Positions 25,201 through 33,643 of a stretch of 36,472 nt of DNA are shown here, piece after piece. This DNA comes from Macrostomum lignano (lineage: Eukaryota): the NCBI GenBank assembly GCA_002269645.1, contig NIVC01004740.1, positions 1-36,472 of the forward strand. Reading direction: 5' to 3'. Numbering within the stretch: position 1 is the stretch's first letter; each line of letters opens with the position of its first letter. A program made the translations under genes and the position numbers. The notes beneath the pieces are model-generated. The model was not told the DNA's origin and did no database searches. It saw only the letters and a list, made by a program, of their open reading frames with translations.

Positions 25201-28200
25201 AAGAGACACAGGAAGGGACTAAGAGACACAGAGAGGGACTAAGAGACACAGAGAGGGACTAAGAGACACTGAGAGGGACTGAGAGACACAGGGAGGGACT
25301 GAGAGACACAGAGAGGGACTGAGAGAAACAGGGAGGGACTGAGAGACACAGAAAGGGACTGAGAGACACAGAAAGGGACTGAAAGACACAGGGAGGGACT
25401 GAGAGACACAGGGAGAGACTGAGAGACACAGGGAGGGACTAAAAGACACAGAGAGGGACTGAGAGACGTAAGGAGGGACTGAAAGACACAGAGAGGGACT
25501 GAGAGACACAGGTAGGGACTGAGAGACACAGAAAGGGACTGAGAGACACAGAAAGGGACTGAAAGACACAGGGAGGGACTGAAAGACACAGGGAGGGACT
25601 GAAAGACACAGGGAGGGACTGAGAGACACAGAAAGGGACTGAGAGACACAGAAAGGGACTGAGAGACACAGAAAGGGACTGAAAGACACAGGGAAGGACT
25701 GAGAGACACCGGGAGGGAGTGAGAGACACAGGGAGGGACTGAGAGACACAGAAAGGGACTGAAAGACACAGGGAGGGACTGAGAGACACAGAGAGGGACT
25801 GAGAGACACAGGGAGGGACTAAAAGACACAGAAAGGGACTGAGAGACATAAGGAGGGACTGAAAGACACAAGAAGGGACTAAGAGACACAGAGAGGGACT
25901 AAGAGACACTGAGAGGGACTGAGAGACACAGAGAGGGACTAAGAGACACTGAGAGGGACTGAGAGACACAGAAAGGGACTGAGAGACACAGAAAGGGACT
26001 GAAAGACACAGGGAGGGACTGAGAGACACAGAGAGGGACTGAGAGACACAGGGAGGGACTGAGAGACACAGAGAGGGACTGAGAGGCACAGAAAGGGACT
26101 GAGAGACACAGAAAGGGACTGAAAGACACAGAAAGGGACTGAGAGACACAGAAAGGGACTGAAAGACACAGGGAGGGACTGAAAGACACAGGGAGGGACT
26201 GAAAGACACAGGGAGGGACTGAAAGACACAGGGAGGGACTGAAAGACACAGGGAGGGACTGAGAGACACAGAAAGGGACTGAGAGACACAGAAAGGGACT
26301 GAAAGACACAGGGAGGGACTGAGAGACACAGGGAGGGACTGAGAGACACAGGGAGGGACTGAGAGACACAGAAACGGGACTGAGAGACACAGAAAGGGAC
26401 TGAGAGACACAGAAAGGGACTGAAAGACACAGGGAGGGAGTGAGAGACACAGGGAGGGACTGAGAGACACAGGGAGGGACTGAGAGACACAGAAAGGGAC
26501 TGAGAGACACAGAAAGGGACTGAAAGACACAGGGAGAGGGAGGACTGAGAGACACAGGGAGGGACTGAGAGACACAGAGGGACTGAAGACAAGGAGGGAC
26601 TGAGAGACACAGGGAGAGACACAGAGGGACTGAGAGACACAGGGAGGGACTGAAGACACAGAGAGGGACTGAGAGACACAGAGGGACTGAAAGACACAGA
26701 AAGGGACTGAGAGACACAGGGAGGGACTGAGAGACACAGGGAGGGACTGAGAGACACAGGGAGGGACTGAGAGACACAGGGAGGGACTGAGAGACACAGA
26801 AAGGGACTGAGAGACACAGAAAGGGACTGAAAGACACAGGGAGGGACTGAGAGACACAGAGAGGACTGAGAGACACAGGGAGGGACTGAGAGACACAGAG
26901 AGGGACTAAGAGACACTGAGAGGGACTGAGAGACACAGAAGGGACTGAGAGACACAGAAAGGGACTGAAAGACACAGGGAGGGACTGAGAGACACAGAGA
27001 GGGACTGAAGAGACACAGAGGACTGAGAGACACAGAGAGACACAGAGGAGAGGACTGAGAGACACAGAAACGGGACTGAGAGACACAGAAAGGGACTGAA
27101 AGACACAGGGAGGGACTGAGAGACACAGGAAGGGAGACTAAGAGACACAGAGAGGGACTAAGAGACACAGAGAGGGACTGAGAGACACTGAGAGGGACTG
27201 AGAGACACAGGGAGGGACTGAGAGACACAGAGAGGGACTGAGAGAAACAGGGAGGGACTGAGAGACACAGAAAGGGACTGAGAGACACAGAAAGGGACTG
27301 AAAGACACAGGGAGGGAGTGAGAGACACAGGGAGGGACTGAGAGACACAGGGAGGGACTGAGAGACACAGAAAGGGACTGAGAGACACAGAAAGGGACTG
27401 AAAGACACAGGGAGGGACTGAGAGACACAGGGAGAGACTGAGAGACACAGGGAGGGACTAAAAGACACAGAGAGGGACTGAGAGACGTAAGGAGGGAATG
27501 AAAGACACAGAGAGGGACTGAGAGACACAGGTAGGGACTGAGAGACACAGAAAGGGACTGAGAGACACAGAGACTGAAGACAAGGGAGGGACTGAAAGAC
27601 ACAGGGAGGGACTGAAGACACAGGGAGGGACTGAGAGACACAGAAAGGGACTGAGAGACACAGAAAGGGACTGAAAGACACAGGGAAGGGACTGAAAGAC
27701 ACAGGGAGGGACTGAGAGACACAGGGAGGGACTGAGAGACACAGAAAGGGACTGAGAGACACAGAAAGGGACTGAAAGACACAGGGAGGGACTGAGAGAC
27801 ACAGGGAGGGACTGAGAGACACAGGGAGGGACTGAGAGACACAGAGGGACTGAAAGACACAAGAGGGACTGAGAGACACAGGAGGGACTAAGAGACACAG
27901 GGAGGGACTGAGAGACACAGAGAGGGACTAAGAGACACAGAGAGGGACTAAGAGACACAGAGAGACTGAGAGACACAGAGAGGGACTAAGAGACACAGAG
28001 AGGGACTAAGAGACACTGAGAGGGACTGAGAGACACAGAAAGGGACTGAGAGACACTGAGAGGGACTGAGAGACACAGGGAGGGACTGAGAGACACAGAA
28101 AGGGACTGAGAGACACCGGGAGGGAGTGAGAGACACAGGGAGGGACTGAGAGACACAGAAAGGGACTGAGAGACACAGGGAGGGACTGAGAGACACAGGG

Positions 28201-29415
28201 GACTGAGAGACACAGAGGGACTGAAAGACACAGGGAGGGACTGAGAGACACAGGGAGAGGACTGAGAGACACAGGGAGGGACTAAAAGACACAGAGGGAC
28301 TGAGAGACACAGAGGGACTGAAAGACACAGGGAGGGACTGAGAGACACAGGGGGACTGAGAGACACAGAGGGACTAGAGACACAGAAGGGACTGAAAGAC
28401 ACAGGGAGGGACTGAGAGACACAGGGAGAGACTGAGAGACACAGGGAGGGACTAAAAGACACAGAGAGGGACTGAGAGACACAGGGAGGGACTGAAAGAC
28501 ACAGAGAGGGACTGAGAGACACAGGGAGGGACTGAGAGACACAGAAAGGGACTGAGAGACACAGAAAGGGACTGAAAGACACAGGGAGGGACTGAGAGAC
28601 ACAGGGAGGGACTGAGAGACACAGGGAGGGACTGAGAGACACAGAAAGGGACTGAGAGACACAGAAAGGGACTGAAAGACACAGGGAAGGACTGAGAGAC
28701 ACCGGGAGGGAGTGAGAGACACAGGGAGGGACTGAGAGACACAGAAAGGGACTGAAAGACACAGGGAGGGACTGAGAGACACAGAAGGGGACTGAGAGAC
28801 ACAGGGAGGGACTGAGAGACAGAGGGAGGGACTGAGAGACACAGAAAGGGACTGAAAGACACAGGGAGGGACTGAGAGACACAGAGAGGGACTGAGAGAC
28901 ACAGGGAGGGACTAAGAGACACAGAGAGGGACTAAGAGACACAGAGAGTGACTAAGAGACACTGAGAGGGACTGAGAGACACAGAGAGGGACTAAGAGAC
29001 ACTGAGAGGGACTGAGAGACACAGGGAGGGACTGAGAGACACAGAAAGGGACTGAGAGACACAGAAAGGGACTGAAAGACACAGGGAGGGACTGAAAGAC
29101 ACAGGGAGGGACTGAAAGACACAGGGAGGGACTGAGAGACACAGGGAGGTACTGAGAGACACAGAAAGGGACTGAAAGACACAGGGAGGGACTGAGAGAC
29201 ACAGGGAGGGACTGAGAGACACAGGGAGGGACTGAGAGACACAGAACGGGACTGAGAGACACAGGGAGGGACTGAAAGACACAGGGAGGGACTGAGAGAC
29301 ACAGGGAGGGACTGAGAGACACAGGGAGGGACTGAGAGACACAGGGAGGGACTGAGAGACACAGGGAGGGACTGAAAGACACAGGGAGGGACTGAAAGAC
29401 ACAGGGACTGAGAGA
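22215..29415. repeat. 7.2-kb intronic minisatellite, 20-bp unit GAGACACAG(G/A)(G/A)AGGGACTGA, ~360 copies
   Basis: Occupies essentially all of intron 22175-29481; rare variant units recur, indicating higher-order structure. Confidence 0.97.
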
Positions 29416-29481
29416 CATGGAGAGGGAGTGATTGAGATGAATAAAAACTGAAGCGAAGAAACCGCAGGTTCGCAAACGCAC

Positions 29482-29844
29482 CCTGGCCACCTGGGCCTGC
29501 ATCCTGATCGGATAATCAGCGATGGCCTTGTAGCTCCGCAGGTGCACCTGGGCGGTGAACAGCTCGGCAGCTGTCCGGTCGACCGGCTCTTTGCGCAGAA
29601 TTTGCGCCACCTCCGTCGGCACCGAGCCTGCCGGTTCACCCGGTACTGGGACAGGTCGAACAGCAGGTCCGAGGGCTCCTGGACAAGGCGGAAGTCGTAG
29701 TGCCGGATGAACGGCCAGATCTCGTCGTCCTGACGGTTGGCGAGGCTGAACTCCGAGCGCAGGCGGCCGCAGAGCAGCAGGAAGCGGACCAGACTGCGGA
29801 GGCGGGGCGGCCGCGGTGCCGCCTGCTGGCGTCTGGAAATCGGC
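29482..29844 (-). CDS. Upstream exon of the CNBD2-like gene; -1 frameshift near 29622
   Basis: RLRSLVRFLLLCG...LLFDLSQYRVNRQAR / VPTEVAQILRKEPVDRT...IADYPIRMQAQVAR; donor AGG|GTGCGT joins in phase 0 to AGLYESYE; acceptor at 29845 (ccccag) or 29833 (tttccag). Confidence 0.75.
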
Positions 29845-29852
29845 CTGGGGAT

Positions 29853-29875
29853 GAGTGAGTGAGTGAGTGAGTGAG
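29853..29875. repeat. (GAGT)n microsatellite abutting the Polinton terminus
   Basis: Read directly. Confidence 0.8.
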
Positions 29876-30135
29876 AGTAGTATAGAAAAAGACGCTTCTA
29901 GACCCAGAGCACTTTTTTAATGACCGTTTTAAGGGTCTAGAGGGGGGACACGGGGGGTAAATAAAAAAACACATCTAATCACCATTAACACAAAAAGACA
30001 TCTAAAAAACCCCTAACAATAAAAATCACTTCCAAACACTCCCCAACACCCCCCTCGCGTCCCCCCTCTTAAGACCTTACAAACGGCCATTAAAATAAGG
30101 TCTGATCTAGAAGCGTCTTTTTCTATACTACTACT
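29876..30135. repeat. Terminal ~260-bp inverted-repeat (fold-back) structure
   Basis: 27-bp perfect IR AGTAGTATAGAAAAAGACGCTTCTAGA (29876-29902) vs 30106-30132; imperfect pairing extends to ~80 bp per arm. Confidence 0.85.
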
Positions 30136-30189
30136 CTATAACCCCTTGCCCGCGCCGCAGGCGCGAAGGGTCTTTTTCTGTTACTAAAA

Positions 30190-30504
30190 ATGACCCGAGT
30201 TTACACCTTTTCTGTTAGTGATACTTTTGAGACTGTTGCTAAAAATGCAGAGATAATAAAACAACATATTTTGAATGGAATAATTGATGAAGTTTATTTA
30301 AAATATGACGACAAGCACGACCTAAAACTTTATCCATTAGAGCTAGATGAGATGTATGATTTAGAACAAGAGGGTGAGTTAATATTTCAACTTGGAGATT
30401 ATTTAAATTCGGATGATTGGGAGGTTAGATCAACAGATTCCGAATCAACAAATAGTTCATATGAAACCAGTGATTCAGAGAATGAAAGTGAAATTTTTAT
30501 GTGA
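30190..30504 (+). CDS. Hypothetical acidic protein, 104 aa (element-borne)
   Basis: Intact ORF with TAAAAATG start context; no recognised domain. Confidence 0.55.
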   Translation: MTRVYTFSVSDTFETVAKNAEIIKQHILNGIIDEVYLKYDDKHDLKLYPLELDEMYDLEQEGELIFQLGDYLNSDDWEVRSTDSESTNSSYETSDSENESEIFM

Positions 30505-30520
30505 AAAAAATATTTAAAAA

Positions 30521-30745
30521 ATGAACTATTATTCTATAACAGAAACGACATTTATTGTGAAAAATATATATAAAAAAATGAAGGTAAATTACTCCTACAT
30601 CGGAAATGTGCCGATTAATGAACTTAATGAAAATTTAAGTTTGATAACAGTTGAACAAATGTCAATAATAATATTAGTAACAATAATAGTAATAATATTG
30701 TTTTTGTTTGTAATAAAAAATTTACTACCATGTTGTCTTAAGTAA
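30521..30745 (+). CDS. Small predicted membrane protein, 74 aa (element-borne)
   Basis: Hydrophobic stretch IIILVTIIVIILFLFVI followed by LPCC. Confidence 0.5.
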   Translation: MNYYSITETTFIVKNIYKKMKVNYSYIGNVPINELNENLSLITVEQMSIIILVTIIVIILFLFVIKNLLPCCLK

Positions 30746-30755
30746 CTGTTTGAAC

Positions 30756-31903
30756 TTAGTTCGCAGACATTATCTGGTTCTCATAAAAAGAACCCAATAT
30801 TTCTTCACCGTCCTTATCAGCAATTATATAGGTTGTAGGATTGGTATTTAAAACTTTACTGATAGTAAATTTCTCACTTATCTTCCAATATCCTTTTCTT
30901 CCTTTTTCAAACTTATCTTTCCATTTATAGATATAAACAGAATCACCAACCTTAAAAGATTTCTTTTTATTTTTTTCAAATTTTCCAAAAGTAACTTTAA
31001 CTTTTTCAGGATTGTTATAAGCTTGTTGAGGAGTCATCTTTATCGCCGAATGATATGAATTGTTATAATCTTTTACAACGTCTGGTAATATTTTTACCCA
31101 CTTTTGGTTTCCATTAAGACTAAACTGAAACCATAATTTCTTACCTAAAGTTCGATTAAATCTTTCTATTAATGCGTTTTTACTCTCTCCATAAATAGAA
31201 TAAATTTTATTAATATACTCCCCATTCGCGTCTTTTTCCTTTCTTTTCCTTTTTCAAAATGATACAATTTATACATATGAGGATTGTAAAATTCTTTTCC
31301 TTCATCAACACACAATCTTTCGCTTTTTTCTCCAAGATTTCTAAAAGCAGCAGCAACCTCCTCTCCTTTTTTGGATTTTAAAGGAACAGCCCACGCGTAT
31401 CGAGTAAAACCATCTAGTATGGTTAAGATATATTTATATCCTCTTTCATTTGGCATCGACATTAAATCAGCATACCAAATTTCATTCTTTTTGAAGTTCA
31501 TGATTTTTCTATAAAATTTAGGTTTTCGGTATTCTTTATGAAGAACCTTTGCCTCATCAAAACTTAGCCCACTACCACTTAACAACAAACACTCAACACA
31601 ATTATTTCCATGTTGGTTGTAATTAATTCCCAAACCAAATTTAACTTTAGACTGTAAGATTTTTTTAACCATCCATCTAGTTAATTTTTGACCTACCGAT
31701 AATCCCTGTAGGTTATCTAATCCTTGAATCATTTTTCTATCGGCTTCATGTTTTAATCTTAATGCTTCCTCGGGTGAGTTCTTATCAGCATCTCTGTATG
31801 CTAAGTCATGATAGTATGCTAACCAATCAATACCGTTAATGGGAATTGAATCGGCTTTTGGAGTATTATCAGGATTTAATCTCAAATCTAACCTAGTCCC
31901 GGG
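30756..31903 (-). CDS. PLA2-integrase gene, exon 2: PLA2 catalytic part fused to a Polinton rve integrase; -1 frameshift near 31240
   Basis: PGTRLDLRL...PINGIDWLAYYHDLAY...KHEADRKM (parvovirus-type PLA2); then AKVLHKEYRK...IWYADL...YKYILTILDGFTRYAWAVPLKSK...VDEGKEFYN; shifted frame ...IERFNRTL...YNNSYHSAIKMTP...FKVGDSV...GSFYENQI. All three DDE residues are visible. Confidence 0.9.
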
Positions 31904-32236
31904 TAGTTTACCCTCAATCTTTCGAATGAGGCTGGAGCACACCTTAAGCGGCGATAATTACCGCCCATCTCCGTCTGCTCTCTGAACCTTCTCCTTATAT
32001 TTAAAATACTTAGGAGCTTGGCTGCGCATTGCCACCGTGTCTTCAAGCTTTTTACCATCGAACCATAGGTTCGCGTGCAAAGCACGATTGGGAAGAGGAG
32101 TTACCTCTGTTCCTTCAAAAGATTTCTCAATTGAAGTGGTACTTGAAGCTGTATGACGGGTTTCACGCAATTTGGAGATGTCGCCACAAATAGTGACTAG
32201 CAAGGACATTGCCTTCCTCACTCAGGCCACGGGTTA
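31904..32236 (-). ncRNA. Group I intron, subgroup IC1-like, 333 nt, no ORF, terminal nucleotide A
   Basis: P (AAAUUGCGUGAAA), Q (AAUGCGCAGC), R (GUUCAGAGAGCAGA) and S (AAGGUGUGCUCC) in order; P1 with a U.G splice-site pair; P3 CAUCUCC/GGAGAUG; P4; P5abc; P6; P7 GAGCA/UGCUC; P8; P9 with GAAA loop; P9.0; P10. Removal restores NFTG|PGT in frame. Confidence 0.92.
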
Positions 32237-32362
32237 ACCTGTGAAGTTCATTGATGGTAGGTGTAGTTCCCCTGTATATTTACCAGTAGTAAAGATTGGT
32301 GGTAAGCTTGTTAATCCTTTTTGAACATCTAACAATCCTCCTTCAAACACTATTTGGTTCAT
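32237..32362 (-). CDS. PLA2-integrase gene, exon 1 (42 aa, ...GELHLPSMNFTG)
   Basis: TAAAAATG start at 32362; ELHLPxxNFTG is the N-terminal half of the parvovirus-type PLA2 Ca2+-binding-loop motif; 126 nt, phase 0 with exon 2. Confidence 0.85.
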
Positions 32363-32911
32363 TTTTAATAGCCTTAAAAATACATGAAAGCACCAATTGT
32401 TTTGCAAACTCTTCAATGGTTGGTTGTTTAACTTTTTTATAGTTATTATCTACGCTAGTTAAGTATCTTTTATTTGTCCAATGTTCAGACTTTTTCATCT
32501 GATCTTCATCTTTGTAACTAAACGAAGAAGCGGGAATGAAATGATCAATATCTAAATTTCCAGTATAATCTTTTGAAACATAATATTTTCTTGTGAAATT
32601 TAACCAATCAAAAAAGAATTCTTTTGTGCAATCAAGATATGAGATATAGTCCTTGTCATTAAAATTTTTCAACGCCCAATTTATTCTATTTCTAATTAAA
32701 ACAATATGTTTGTAATTATCATCATTGTGATACTTGTTTTTCTATATTCATTAAATTTATCTTTATTGTTTTTCATCCAAATAGTAGATGAGGTATTATG
32801 ACAAGATCGACAATCATTTCTAAATTTTTTTGAATCATTTCTCCAAAAATAAAATTCTTTCGTCATTGGTTTTTCTTGTTTACACTTAATACAAATCTTT
32901 TTAGGTTCCAT
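32343..32911 (-). CDS. Free-standing HNH (beta-beta-alpha-metal)-type endonuclease with N-terminal CxxC...CxxC; -1 frameshift at 32737-32741
   Basis: ICIKCKQEK...DCRSCH; restoring one A gives RKNKYHNDDNYKHIVLIRNRINWALKN, joining ...YLDCTKEFF...DIDHFIPASSF...HWTNKRYLTSVDNNYKK. Resembles the HNH family common in large DNA viruses (recalled, not searched). Confidence 0.75.
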
Positions 32912-32937
32912 TTTATAAAAAAAAATTTAACAATTAA

Positions 32938-33609
32938 TTAAACTCCAGTATGTCCAGCAGCTTTCGCAGCAGCTAAAACAAGTTTTCGCGGTGTTTTAAA
33001 TCCATCACCAACAGCTGGTTTGTTATTTATAGAATTAACAATCCATTTATACAAGCTGGTATTTTTAACAGCTCCTCCTAACTCATCATAAAAAATTCTA
33101 GCACTTATTAATTCATCCCTAGTATATAAATCAGGGTTAAACTTTACCCTAGGGTTCATAACAATATTATATGCTCCACCCAATTCTGTATATAGTTCAT
33201 TCCGATTTTTATCAACTCCACCAATTCGATAATTATTATTACCTAAATCTGTAACAGCAATACTAGTTGGTGCAGGTCTCGGATATTGTTCAACTCCACC
33301 CCTAATCTCTTCACGTCTAATTTCTGCAACTCTCAATTGAGCTTGATCAACATCATAAGCAGGCGGCTCATCCAAAATTTCATCCTCTTTTGGCTCGGTA
33401 TTTTTAGCAATTTTTTCCAGAAGGTCTTTATCTGTTTTTTCTAGTTCACTAATTTTCCCCGTAATAGGATTAACAAAAGGAGCAGCAAATCTTTCACCAG
33501 CTAATTGTATTCCTAACTTTCTTTTTTGTAAATTTCTAACAAAATCAGAATATCTTTGCTTCTCTTTATAAATCGCTAACTCTCCATCAACGTCCATAAA
33601 TTGACTCAT
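32938..33609 (-). CDS. Hypothetical Polinton protein, 223 aa
   Basis: Intact ORF; coiled-coil-like N-terminus; C-terminal ...LVLAAAKAAGHTGV is reminiscent of conserved small Polinton ORFs (by memory). Confidence 0.6.
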   Translation of the reverse strand: MSQFMDVDGELAIYKEKQRYSDFVRNLQKRKLGIQLAGERFAAPFVNPITGKISELEKTDKDLLEKIAKNTEPKEDEILDEPPAYDVDQAQLRVAEIRREEIRGGVEQYPRPAPTSIAVTDLGNNNYRIGGVDKNRNELYTELGGAYNIVMNPRVKFNPDLYTRDELISARIFYDELGGAVKNTSLYKWIVNSINNKPAVGDGFKTPRKLVLAAAKAAGHTGV

Positions 33610-33643
33610 TTTTTAACATAAAAAACTTTTTTAACTTAAAAAA

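Noticed and set aside
22215-29415. Dozens of SLSPSLCLSVP-type ORFs
   Set aside because: Stop-poor translations of a 20-bp intronic minisatellite.
29636-29974. 112-aa ORF starting in the element and entering the host exon
   Set aside because: It is in a different frame from the conserved host coding frame and spans a microsatellite.
29876-30135. Independent mini-Polinton (MITE) of 260 bp
   Set aside because: No 6-bp TSD: the left flank AGTGAG does not match the right flank CTATAA.
31888-32221. ORFs of 87 aa (31958-32221) and 65 aa (31888-32085) inside the insertion, as a possible homing endonuclease
   Set aside because: No LAGLIDADG, GIY-YIG, HNH or His-Cys motif; the sequence is fully accounted for by ribozyme helices.
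31904-32236. Insertion as a MITE, solo LTR or spliceosomal intron
   Set aside because: No TIR, TSD, TG...CA or GT...AG ends at the frame-restoring boundaries, whereas group I P/Q/R/S elements and pairings are complete.
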